Below are positions 18,033 through 26,769 of a DNA stretch of 64,000 bases, in pieces. The position numbers and the translations under genes were made by a program. A model generated the notes under the pieces. That model had not been told where the DNA came from. It saw nothing but the letters and a program-made list of their open reading frames with translations, and did no database searches. The stretch covers positions 3,154-67,153 of the forward strand of contig JAAYPO010000068.1 of NCBI GenBank assembly GCA_012519745.1, in the 5' to 3' direction. The first letter of the stretch is position 1; the number at the start of each line of letters is the position of its first letter. The stretch is from Clostridiaceae bacterium. Lineage in GTDB: Bacteria > Bacillota > Clostridia > Acetivibrionales > DTU013.

Positions 18033-18791
18033 TTATGAAGCAAATTTCCAGTAGCGATACAAACCGTGGAAATCAGGCCGTGTGGCGGAATCCATCAGAT
18101 AGGCGGATACCTGTGAGCCGGCGATCCTGTTTTGATTGAGGGCTCTTATGAAATACTCCACATCACCTGTGCCTATACCATGACCGTAATATCTGCCGCT
18201 TCCCAGATCGATGATGTTCTCCCCCTGCCACTCGGGTGTCAGCGGATTCACATCCGGATTCTTCACATACCTGCAATCGCCCGGTACATAGTCGGGCAGT
18301 CTGCGGTAGGTCGATACACCCAGCAGGTCGTCCATGTCACGCCAGTTCATAAGCACGATCTCACCGAAGGCTTTGTTGAACAGGTCTGCCTTGTATGAAT
18401 CCAGTACAGCCTTGTAGTATATGATCACGATCGCGGTAGCACATTCCGTGCCATACAGGCGTGTGTTGACGAATATGTCGTCGATGGCCTCGGAGGGTCT
18501 GACGCCGGTCTTGAGTGTGAAGCCTCCGTCCACTCTTCTGTTCCAATATCTTTCATTGCATTTGGATTCCTGGAATATGCGGAATGCCAGCCTGCTTCTG
18601 TAAAGTGCGATGGAGGCGTCGATGATATGACGCCGCAAATCAGCCTCAAAAACTAGCTCCTCTCCCGAGGAGTAATCATATACATGACTGCTGTCTATGT
18701 ATGCTCTCAGGAACTCATATTCGGGACTTCCGCTGCCGTATCTGTCAAGAATTTTTTTCGGATCATCCTGGCCGTCTGCAAACCTGATCAT
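18033..18791 (-). CDS. tgl: protein-glutamine gamma-glutamyltransferase (spore-coat transglutaminase)
   Basis: 252 aa. It is collinear with recalled B. subtilis Tgl: ECATAIVIIYY is identical, GDCRYVKNPDV matches GDCLYFKNPEF, WQGENIIDLG matches WRGENVILLG, and YYGHGIG matches YFAHGLG. Confidence 0.92.
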   Translation of the reverse strand: MIRFADGQDDPKKILDRYGSGSPEYEFLRAYIDSSHVYDYSSGEELVFEADLRRHIIDASIALYRSRLAFRIFQESKCNERYWNRRVDGGFTLKTGVRPSEAIDDIFVNTRLYGTECATAIVIIYYKAVLDSYKADLFNKAFGEIVLMNWRDMDDLLGVSTYRRLPDYVPGDCRYVKNPDVNPLTPEWQGENIIDLGSGRYYGHGIGTGDVEYFIRALNQNRIAGSQVSAYLMDSATRPDFHGLYRYWKFAS

Positions 18792-19873
18792 GCCGATCCC
18801 CCCGTGATTTCAGATACTGTCTCTGCCTGTTTGTCAACCGGCTGTCTGATCCATGGATCCCACCGATAGATATCTCTTTGGTGGAGCATACAGGAGAAGC
18901 TGGCCAGATGCTGCTGTTCTGTCCCAGTCAGTTTGGAGAAACCGACGAGCTGATTCATCTCCCAGTCCTCAAGGGGGTACAAGGGCCTTCCGCTGTCTGG
19001 TGACACAGGACGGCAAAGGTACTTGGCCTCAAGTGATACCGCATAGCAGACAGGCCTGCTGCACATTTGCATCGTCTCACCTGTATAGCACAAAAAGGGC
19101 CTGTTTTCCGAGATCCATTGCATTGCTCTCAGATATGCCAGGGTGCCTGCTGCTTCCTCCAGGCCCGGAATAAAGCACAAAAGCTTCCTTGCCAGTGCTG
19201 TATCTTTGCTGTCAGCAGAGATCAGCCTTTGAGCTATCAAATACAGACTATCGGGATTGCAGGCTTCGAAAAACGCCCATACCAGATTGTGGATCAGCTT
19301 TCCCTGTCTGTTCCTATCAAAGATCTTTTCGGCAACTGCAGCAAGAAGGCTGCTGTTTCTGAAGCTCTTGAGGAGTATCCCGCTGCACCGTTCCAGAAGC
19401 AGTTCGTATGCCGCCCTGCCGAGATCGTCCTCCCAGCCTGTTTTTACTATCCACTCAAGTGCCGGGGATACCTGCCGGGTTTCAGAACGCATCCTGCTTT
19501 CGATCTGTGCAAGCCTCAGGCCCGATGATCGCCTCGCCGATCCTCTTCTTATCCCGGCCGGTGTTCTGAAGAAAGCTCTGGACAATGCCCTGCCCGAAGC
19601 CTTAGGTACGCTGCTTCCGGCAGAATGCTCCGACAGTTCTTTGGTGATTTCCAGAGCTTTCCTGTACAGCGGCGGCAGCTCTTCCAAAAGCGAAGCCGAA
19701 GCTATATCCTGCCGCAGAATGTACAATGAGCAAAACCGAAGATTTCCGTCCCTTAGCAGCTGAAGGAGTTTTTCGCGGTCCGTATGAAGCAATTCGTGGA
19801 AATAGGTCCTGAGGCTGTCGGGGCCGTTACTGATCCTTATGTTGTCAAGCAGCGCCGTCTGCATGCCGGTCAT
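18788..19873 (-). CDS. hypothetical protein (361 aa), translationally coupled to tgl
   Basis: Its TGA stop overlaps the tgl ATG (ATGA, 18788-18791). AGGA RBS lies 9 nt upstream of ATG 19873. I recognise no family motif. Confidence 0.6.
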   Translation of the reverse strand: MTGMQTALLDNIRISNGPDSLRTYFHELLHTDREKLLQLLRDGNLRFCSLYILRQDIASASLLEELPPLYRKALEITKELSEHSAGSSVPKASGRALSRAFFRTPAGIRRGSARRSSGLRLAQIESRMRSETRQVSPALEWIVKTGWEDDLGRAAYELLLERCSGILLKSFRNSSLLAAVAEKIFDRNRQGKLIHNLVWAFFEACNPDSLYLIAQRLISADSKDTALARKLLCFIPGLEEAAGTLAYLRAMQWISENRPFLCYTGETMQMCSRPVCYAVSLEAKYLCRPVSPDSGRPLYPLEDWEMNQLVGFSKLTGTEQQHLASFSCMLHQRDIYRWDPWIRQPVDKQAETVSEITGGSA

Positions 19874-19917
19874 ATGTCACCATCCTCTCTCGAAGGCCTT
19901 TTGGCTTTGCCGGATCT

Positions 19918-20895
19918 TCAAAGCTGCCTTTGAAGCTCTGATAACCTTTCTTTCATCTGCGGATCGGGATCATACTCAAGACCGTACATTACAGCTCTCT
20001 CGGCCCTTGCCTTGTCTCCGGTCTTTAAAAATGCATCGGCAAGGTTGTACCAGCCTGTGATATCCTTCGGATCCTGTCTAAGCTTTTTGATATAGTAGGG
20101 AAGCACCTTGCCGGCAAGATAGCGCGTTCTGTCGAGACTTTCCAGATCCATGCCGTTCCAGTGCACCAGTTCGATGTCGAAAATACCAGGGGCGGACTCA
20201 TGCCATAAGGCACAAGCATCCTTGACACGGCCGGAGGCGGCTCTCTTTTTGACAAGCTCCAGTTTGCTGTATTTTTTACTGAAAATCTTCTTTGAGCCTC
20301 CGTCAGATACGGAGTAGGCTATAAGTGTCCGATCCGGCTGTCCCGAGGCAAGTCCCAGCAGCAGAGTCGATTTCCCGTCGCCTGCAATGTCGGCATCGTT
20401 GCGGTAGTGTATTGATGTGAACTCGGGATTGCTGATCTCGGCCATTTTGTACCACTGGACCTCATCCTTTTTGAGCACCAGGGTCCGGATGCCCTCGCCT
20501 GTACTGTATGAGGTGACAAGCTCGCTGCGCCCGTCACCGTCAAGGTCGGCAAATTGTATTTCGCCTGCATTTTCAGGATATTGCGGCTTCACGAGCCTGG
20601 CACCCGGAGGCAGAAAGCTGTTGACAACAGCATTGTAGTCGATTTTTTCAGGTTTTGCGTTAAGCTGTACAGTAATATTGCTTAGCCTTTTTATTATCGA
20701 TCCCACAGGTCTTCTCAGGTTGCCAAGGGAAGGCAGCCCGATTGCTGGAAGGTTGTTGATCGAAGAGATTTTTCTCAGAGCCGGGATGAAGTTTTTTCTG
20801 AAACGGTCCGGATCAAGCAAGCCGGAATAGTATCTTATGCTTCTTGCGGCCAGCTTATCCAGGACCTCAAGACCCGAGCCTTTAGGCAGCTGCAT
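19918..20895 (-). CDS. FG-GAP/VCBS-repeat protein with C-terminal TPR-like region
   Basis: From ORF 19918..20916, with the start moved to ATG 20895 (MQLPKGS; AAAGGGG RBS 8 nt upstream). Ca-binding FG-GAP-like motifs FADLDGDGRSELV and DADIAGDGKSTLLL. C-terminal TPR-like WYNLADAFLKTGDKARAERAVMYGLEYDP. Confidence 0.6.
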   Translation of the reverse strand: MQLPKGSGLEVLDKLAARSIRYYSGLLDPDRFRKNFIPALRKISSINNLPAIGLPSLGNLRRPVGSIIKRLSNITVQLNAKPEKIDYNAVVNSFLPPGARLVKPQYPENAGEIQFADLDGDGRSELVTSYSTGEGIRTLVLKKDEVQWYKMAEISNPEFTSIHYRNDADIAGDGKSTLLLGLASGQPDRTLIAYSVSDGGSKKIFSKKYSKLELVKKRAASGRVKDACALWHESAPGIFDIELVHWNGMDLESLDRTRYLAGKVLPYYIKKLRQDPKDITGWYNLADAFLKTGDKARAERAVMYGLEYDPDPQMKERLSELQRQL

Positions 20896-21131
20896 GATTA
20901 TGACCCCTTTACACATATATTCTTCTATATTCTATGCAAAACACACGGAAACGTTAAAAGATATTGATGATCACGGTCTGCATGAAAGCAGGCCCCGGAT
21001 CCGTGATATCTGTGTAAAACCAGTCTCGTCAGGTTTAATGTGCAGGAATTGCAGCTGTTTCTTTACATATTGGAAAAAATAAGTTAGTATTATTATATGA
21101 GAAAATTCTACATATTTCGGGGGGTATAGTT

Positions 21132-21500
21132 ATGGGTAATAACCGGCCTACGATACTTGTCTGTGACGATTCATTGCTTGTCAGAAAAAAAATGAAGGAC
21201 TGTCTGTCGGAATTAGGCGACTTTAATATTGTTGAAGCGGCAAATGGTCAAAGCTCAGTGGAGTTATTCAAGCAGAACGATCCCGACCTTGTTTTTCTGG
21301 ATATCGTAATGCCAGATAAAAATGGAATCGAAGCTCTCCAGGAAATGATGGAAGTAAAAAAGGATGTAAAGGTCATCATGCTTTCCTCATCCGGAACAAA
21401 GACGCATCTGAAAGCTGCAATGGAGGCCGGTGCCTCAGACTTCATACAAAAACCATGGGAAAAATCCCAGATCGAGCATATCGTTAAAAATATTTTCTGA
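21132..21500 (+). CDS. single-domain CheY-like response regulator
   Basis: 122 aa. All receiver landmarks are present: LVCDDS, acceptor Asp in LVFLDIVMPDKNG, IMLSSSG, FIQKPW. Confidence 0.9.
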   Translation: MGNNRPTILVCDDSLLVRKKMKDCLSELGDFNIVEAANGQSSVELFKQNDPDLVFLDIVMPDKNGIEALQEMMEVKKDVKVIMLSSSGTKTHLKAAMEAGASDFIQKPWEKSQIEHIVKNIF

Positions 21501-21515
21501 TGAGGAGTGTGAAAT

Positions 21516-22391
21516 ATGTTTAGCCAATATTTCGGACATTATCTGCTGAACAAGGGTCTTGTAACGCCGGAGCAACTGACCGATGCTCTCGAGTATCAGC
21601 GTTCAATGCATCTCAAGCTGGGTGTAATAGCGATAAACGCTGGGTATATGACGCCTGCGCAGGTTGAACAGATACACAACATGCAAAAGAGAGTAGACAA
21701 AAGATTCGGCGAACTGGCAATAGAGCACGGCTATATCACAGAAGGCATGCTCAACGATATGCTGACTACCCAGAAGCAGGGGCATCTGATGCTGGGTCAG
21801 GCACTGATCGACAGGAATTACTTTACCATGGAGCAGCTGCAGTCGGCTTTGGATGATTACAAAAGGGAAAACGGCATATCCAAGAGACAATTCAATGTGG
21901 TCAGGAAGGATGACGCAAAGGAAATCGAACAGATCTTCCAGAGCTACGGAGAGACTCTGCTGGCGGCGACCTACAGCGACTATGTGACACTGCTGATCAA
22001 GAACATTATCAGATTCGTTGATGACAATCCCACAGTGGAGATCAATCAGCTGAAGACGGATATAACAGCCGAATGGTACGCATGCCAGGAGATCCAGGGC
22101 AAGATATCCATGCATACCGGTATTGCAAGTGATACGCGGCAGTTTGTCATATTGGCGGCAAAATTTGCCCAGGAGGAGATCACCGAACCGGATGAGCTTG
22201 CTCAGGCATCTGTCGGAGAATTTCTCAACCTGCATAACGGCATATTCCTGGTAAATATGTCAAACAACGGCGTAGAACTTGAAATGCAGCCGCAGATGGT
22301 TTCCGGGAACTATACATTCAGCAATCCGGGCAAAGCATATGTGGTTTCCTGCCACATGACCTGGGGCAAATTTGACATTATTCTCGCATAG
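21516..22391 (+). CDS. fusion protein: four tandem MshEN-type (T2SSE_N-like) c-di-GMP-binding motifs + C-terminal CheX/CheC-like phosphatase domain
   Basis: Residues 5-115 are four 24-aa repeats separated by 5-aa spacers, each fitting RLGxxLLxxGLIxxxxLxxxLxxQ. The C-terminus DELAQASVGEFLNLHNG..LEMQPQMV resembles recalled T. maritima CheX DELALSAIGELGNMTAG..ITPPTVV, and the ExxN motif is retained. GAGGAG RBS; the gene starts 15 nt after the CheY stop. Confidence 0.6.
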   Translation: MFSQYFGHYLLNKGLVTPEQLTDALEYQRSMHLKLGVIAINAGYMTPAQVEQIHNMQKRVDKRFGELAIEHGYITEGMLNDMLTTQKQGHLMLGQALIDRNYFTMEQLQSALDDYKRENGISKRQFNVVRKDDAKEIEQIFQSYGETLLAATYSDYVTLLIKNIIRFVDDNPTVEINQLKTDITAEWYACQEIQGKISMHTGIASDTRQFVILAAKFAQEEITEPDELAQASVGEFLNLHNGIFLVNMSNNGVELEMQPQMVSGNYTFSNPGKAYVVSCHMTWGKFDIILA

Positions 22392-22442
22392 GGCAGTGAC
22401 GTTTATCAGATTTCAGTTTGAAAAACAGTGGCAGATCCGTTC

Positions 22443-22475
22443 AAAAGGCGACAGCTATCAGCTTCGCCTTTTTTG
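22443..22475 (+). terminator. Rho-independent terminator after the CheY/MshEN-CheX pair
   Basis: AAAAGGCGA, a 12-nt loop and TCGCCTTTTTT. Confidence 0.65.
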
Positions 22476-22506
22476 ATTCCTCTGAAGAGGAACTACTGAA
22501 GAGTAT

Positions 22507-22535
22507 TTGATAGTCGTGAGAATTATTGCTAGAAT
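22507..22535 (+). promoter_or_regulatory. sigma-A-type promoter (extended -10) for the radical SAM/plsC unit
   Basis: TTGATA, a 17-nt spacer and TAGAAT, with TGC immediately upstream of the -10 (TGnTAGAAT). Confidence 0.55.
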
Positions 22536-22663
22536 GAATAACGGCAGGGTGATCGATGCTGATGAATTGACTGCAAGGGAATATATCACAGTTATCTGAT
22601 CGAAACAACTGTGCTGCTAATAACGATAAAAGGTCAGGTATCCGGATGGTATCCGACAGATCT

Positions 22664-23590
22664 ATGAGGTTTAAAAAGGTTTATATAGAGATCACCAATG
22701 TATGCAATCTCTCATGCTCTTTCTGTCCCGGCACGACGAGAGACCCCGCTTTTATGAGCGCGGAGGATTTCGAAAGGGTATTGTACAGTCTGGAGGGTCA
22801 TACCAGATATATATATCTGCATGTCATGGGAGAGCCGCTGCTTCACCCCGACTTGTCCAGACTTCTGGATATCAGCCATTCCCATGGTTTTAAAGTGAAC
22901 ATCACCACAAACGGCACTCTAATATCCGAAAGGCAGAATGCCCTGCTCGATGCCTGTGCCCTGCGGCAGGTGAATTTTTCGCTGCACAGCCAGGAAATGG
23001 TTATGGGTACTCAAACACTCGAAAAATATACAGGCGGTATTTTCCAATTTACCCGAAAGGCGCTGGACAGAGGTGATGTTTTTGTGTCCTACAGGCTTTG
23101 GAACATTGGATCTGCGTCAGCGGAACATTTCAACAGATATATACTGGGCAGCATCGAGAAATATTTTGGGCTTGATTATCCATTGTGGGATGCCTTTATG
23201 CAAAAGAACAGGATCACTGTAAGGGACAGATTATTTCTCAATAAATCAGAGGTTTTTGAGTGGCCCGATGATGTCCGGGGCGGAAATGATCTGCAGGCAG
23301 GCCCGGCAGCTAATACCGGAGGCACAGAGCCGGCTGTCAAAGGTTTCTGCCTTGGCTTGAGGAATCAGATCGCAATACTTGCAGACGGCACTGTGGTGCC
23401 CTGTTGTCTGGACAATAACGGCACTGTCAGCCTTGGAAATATATTTACGCAGGAGCTTTTGCATATACTAGGAACTGAGCGTGCCGGGGCGATTTACAAC
23501 GGGTTTTCGCAAGGCAGGGCTGTGGAAGGGTTGTGCAGGCACTGCAGCTATCGTGAGCGATTTTCTAAAAAACGGGGTGAGGTAATGTAA
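22664..23590 (+). CDS. radical SAM / SPASM-domain protein
   Basis: From ORF 22646..23590; the start is either 22646 or ATG 22664. CxxxCxxC cluster in ITNVCNLSCSFCPG. Cys-rich C-terminal SPASM/twitch-like region GTVVPCCLDNNG..GLCRHCSY. Confidence 0.8.
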   Translation: MRFKKVYIEITNVCNLSCSFCPGTTRDPAFMSAEDFERVLYSLEGHTRYIYLHVMGEPLLHPDLSRLLDISHSHGFKVNITTNGTLISERQNALLDACALRQVNFSLHSQEMVMGTQTLEKYTGGIFQFTRKALDRGDVFVSYRLWNIGSASAEHFNRYILGSIEKYFGLDYPLWDAFMQKNRITVRDRLFLNKSEVFEWPDDVRGGNDLQAGPAANTGGTEPAVKGFCLGLRNQIAILADGTVVPCCLDNNGTVSLGNIFTQELLHILGTERAGAIYNGFSQGRAVEGLCRHCSYRERFSKKRGEVM

Positions 23591-24303
23591 TGCTGCGGAC
23601 GATTTTTTGGTATGCAGCCGGATGGACATATCTTTTAATTACTATGCCCGTGCTGTACAGGATAAAGTATCTGGAGAGAAAGGGAAAAACCGACGAAAAG
23701 GAAGCATTGGCCAACCGTTTCAGTATGAGGCTCGCAAGGGGACTGTTCTATCTGACAGGATCTTCCGTTGAGGTGGAAGGTATCGAAAGGCTGCCGGAGG
23801 GACCGGTGCTGTTTGTCAGCAATCATCAAAGCCACATGGACAGTGCTGTGATACACGGTTTCATCCCCAGGCCGAAAGGATTTGTAGCCGATAAGGATGC
23901 GGGCAGGATCCCGATACTTCGTACCTGGATGAAGTACATGAAATGCATTTTTATCGACAGGGGGAATGCCAGAAGAAACATCAGAAGCCTGGAGAGTGGT
24001 ATAAAGCTGTTGAAGCAGGGACACTCCCTTGTGATCTATCCCGAAGGGAGGATCAATGCTTCCGGACGGCTGGCCGATTTCAAGAAGGGCTGCCTGAAGC
24101 TGGCGGCAAAGGCCGGGGTACCGGTAGTCCCCGTTACGATCAGGTACAGCAGCAGTATAATGGACAGGAAGGGTCTTAAAATAAGACCGGCCCGTATCAG
24201 GTGTATAATATCCGATCCGATAGATATTTCAAATCTTAGTGATAGAAACGAAGCAGTTCAGATAAAAAAAGTCAGAGAGATAATCGCAAAAAGCCTCATG
24301 TGA
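23590..24303 (+). CDS. plsC: 1-acyl-sn-glycerol-3-phosphate acyltransferase family protein
   Basis: N-terminal TM segment. HxxxxD motif in VSNHQSHMDS. YPEGR motif. The ATG overlaps the radical-SAM stop (TAATG). Confidence 0.8.
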   Translation: MLRTIFWYAAGWTYLLITMPVLYRIKYLERKGKTDEKEALANRFSMRLARGLFYLTGSSVEVEGIERLPEGPVLFVSNHQSHMDSAVIHGFIPRPKGFVADKDAGRIPILRTWMKYMKCIFIDRGNARRNIRSLESGIKLLKQGHSLVIYPEGRINASGRLADFKKGCLKLAAKAGVPVVPVTIRYSSSIMDRKGLKIRPARIRCIISDPIDISNLSDRNEAVQIKKVREIIAKSLM

Positions 24304-24369
24304 AACATAGTATAAAATGTGAAATATCGAAGCGGGCAGCAAGCCTCGTGTTTTTAGGGGGCGTTCCTT

Positions 24370-26139
24370 TTGTATAGAAACATGATGCCGGGCAGGCGTC
24401 TGATGCAGCTTGTGGAAGCTTTCGGCAGTGATGGCTTTGAAATGTCGATGGTCCTGACATACAACGGCAGAATCGGTATAACCGCAGAAAACAAGTCGGT
24501 CCTGAATTACGACACAGGTAAACCTAAAAAAGCCTATTATGTGGAAGGCTCTCCGTATGAGACAGGCTATCTGATGGGGAGCATGGCTGAGCAGGAGATT
24601 GTCCGGATGATGGACTATGCCGACAGGGTCGTGTTTTCTTTCATAGGCAGCAAGGTCCTGGAGAAAACGAAGATGATACAGGGAGCATTTATCCGTATAG
24701 TCCATCAACTGTCCAAAAAAGTGTGGAACCAGCTTCCGGAGGCGATCAGGGAAGAGGTCAACGGTCTATATGACGGCTGTAAAAGCCGCAACCCGAAAAC
24801 CCGGGTGAATATGGAGCGGCTCATCGTACTAAATACGGGAATAGATATAATATGCTCCATGGTCTACTCGGGCAGCTTTTTCCGGTACGGCATAGAGGGT
24901 GTGGAGCCTGAGGATCTTGACATACCGATGATGTGCAATGCATTCACTGTATGCGGCAAGAGTGCAGGAGATTGCTGTATCTTTGGAAGAGATTTTTCAT
25001 TTCCGTCGGCGGATGTGTTTCAGGACACCGCTGCATTGATAGTCTATGCGCCTATGAGTCCGGGCGTACAAAACAGATATAATCGGCATGCGATAAGGAA
25101 AGAGAGCTCCGCCCCGGCCAGCAGGCCGGCGGATGTAAGTGAGGCTGAGTCCGTTTTGAAGGGCCGCAGCCCGCTGCCTTTTGTCAACCTTGCGGCTCCG
25201 GGCATGATCGGGAGCATAGCAGCCATGAATCTGCAGGGCGTTGCCTTAGGTGTAAATATGTCGCCGGGGGCAAACTGCGATCCCGAGAACATCGGCGTCA
25301 ATTCTTTGATTATGACCAGGCTGTGTGTCCAGTACAGTAAAAGTGCAGCAGATGCGGCTTCGCTTATGGTCCGGCTCCCAAAGGGTGTATCATGGCTGTA
25401 TATCATTGCAGACGGGAACGGACGCTCCTGTGTTGCTGAAGCCGGAGCATCCTTGCCAATGCCTGACCTGACTCAGTACCCCGATGAGAAATACAGGCTT
25501 CTGCTGCCTGACGCGGACTTCCTGAAAGGCCATGCCTCGGCTCCGTACGATAATGGTACCATGCTGCGCTGGAACGATTACAAATACCCCCGGGAGTTTC
25601 TTTCCTTCAATCATCAGCTGTGGCAGCATTACAACGAAAGGGAGAAAAAACAGAACATCATATATGCCGATGCTTTTGAGGAAACCGGATATATAAACAG
25701 GGCAGGTGACCAGAACTGTCCCTCATCATTTTATTTCGCTCCCCAGAGAGAGGAAAGCGATGAGCTTCTCGTGGCATCAAACCATTATATAATACCCGAA
25801 ATGCGTTACTTTGCCATGCACCGATGGACACAGAAGATAATCGGCAAACGGGTGAATGATATACAATGGCGCTATGATGAGCTCAACAGGCAGATCCATG
25901 ACAGGCTGAAGGAAAAGGGGCGCATTGGGATCGCTGATGCCAGAGAGCTCATAAGCTTTCTTGCGCCATACGGCAAATACAGCGGCTATTATGCTGATAA
26001 CCCCAAAAGCAGGAATGGTAAGGAGATCCGTATCGAAGGCGCTGTTTCTGTGTTTGAGCTAAAGAGCAGGGTGGTGGAGAGCCATTACGGATATTATTGT
26101 GACAAATGGGTAAGGCTTTCACTGCCGGCATATTTCTGA
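24370..26139 (+). CDS. putative C45-family Ntn hydrolase / acyltransferase-like protein
   Basis: 589 aa. A candidate autoprocessing nucleophile sits in DIPMMCNAFTVCGK and is followed by FGRDFSF, a pattern recalled from acyl-CoA:6-APA acyltransferase / peptidase C45 proteins. The start is TTG 24370 (AGGGGG RBS 9 nt upstream) or ATG 24382. Confidence 0.4.
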   Translation: MYRNMMPGRRLMQLVEAFGSDGFEMSMVLTYNGRIGITAENKSVLNYDTGKPKKAYYVEGSPYETGYLMGSMAEQEIVRMMDYADRVVFSFIGSKVLEKTKMIQGAFIRIVHQLSKKVWNQLPEAIREEVNGLYDGCKSRNPKTRVNMERLIVLNTGIDIICSMVYSGSFFRYGIEGVEPEDLDIPMMCNAFTVCGKSAGDCCIFGRDFSFPSADVFQDTAALIVYAPMSPGVQNRYNRHAIRKESSAPASRPADVSEAESVLKGRSPLPFVNLAAPGMIGSIAAMNLQGVALGVNMSPGANCDPENIGVNSLIMTRLCVQYSKSAADAASLMVRLPKGVSWLYIIADGNGRSCVAEAGASLPMPDLTQYPDEKYRLLLPDADFLKGHASAPYDNGTMLRWNDYKYPREFLSFNHQLWQHYNEREKKQNIIYADAFEETGYINRAGDQNCPSSFYFAPQREESDELLVASNHYIIPEMRYFAMHRWTQKIIGKRVNDIQWRYDELNRQIHDRLKEKGRIGIADARELISFLAPYGKYSGYYADNPKSRNGKEIRIEGAVSVFELKSRVVESHYGYYCDKWVRLSLPAYF

Positions 26140-26193
26140 CCTGCTTTACCATCAGCTTTTTGGGTGCAGTTTCCCGATGATGCTTTCGAAGGT

Positions 26194-26769
26194 CTACTCC
26201 TCCCTGGCGGGCTCTGTTTTATGGCCCTTGATGGTGAGGACGACCTTGTCGGGGTCTGTCAGCACCCGAATGCCGGGTCTGAAGGTAAAGCCGGATACGG
26301 TAAAGCTTTGCCCCGGTTTTAGAGCCGATATGTCAGCATCGGCGAACTGCGGGATACTTGATGCAGGGCATTCCACAGCTATGGTATTCAGCTGGTGCAT
26401 CACAGAGTTGCCTGCCCTTGCATGTATTTCCCCGCCGGTTGCCCTGACAGGTACCTGTACAAGGACTTGATCCCGGGGATCGACCTTCTGAAAATCCAGA
26501 TGGATTATCTCCTTGTTGACGGGATCGTATTGGATGTCTTTTATGATCACTGTAAGGTCCTGTTCTTCGGCAAATTCAGTATTGAACAGTGTGTTGCGCC
26601 CGCTGTTTTTTAAAAACCTGTTGATTTCGGACTTTTTGACCTGAGCCGGTCTTGAGCCAAATCCGCTGCCATAGACCACAGCCGGTACAAGGCCCTGTTC
26701 CAGCAATCTCCTGGCCTTTCCTCCGCCGACCCCGTTCCTTTTTTCAAGCCTTAATTTCGCATCATTCAT
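26194..26769 (-). CDS. rplY: 50S ribosomal protein L25 / general stress protein Ctc
   Basis: 191 aa. RLLEQGLVPAVVYG, IIKDIQYDPVNKEIIHLDFQKV and an extended C-terminal Ctc-type domain. Confidence 0.9.
   Translation of the reverse strand: MNDAKLRLEKRNGVGGGKARRLLEQGLVPAVVYGSGFGSRPAQVKKSEINRFLKNSGRNTLFNTEFAEEQDLTVIIKDIQYDPVNKEIIHLDFQKVDPRDQVLVQVPVRATGGEIHARAGNSVMHQLNTIAVECPASSIPQFADADISALKPGQSFTVSGFTFRPGIRVLTDPDKVVLTIKGHKTEPAREE

Noticed and set aside
22534-22593. A 19-codon ORF (MNNGRVIDADELTAREYITVI) just upstream of the radical SAM/SPASM gene, considered as a possible RiPP precursor.
   Set aside because: Its ATG lies inside the predicted -10 element (TAGAAT), so it would not be on the transcript. 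It also has no RBS and no Cys or other typical SPASM-substrate residues.
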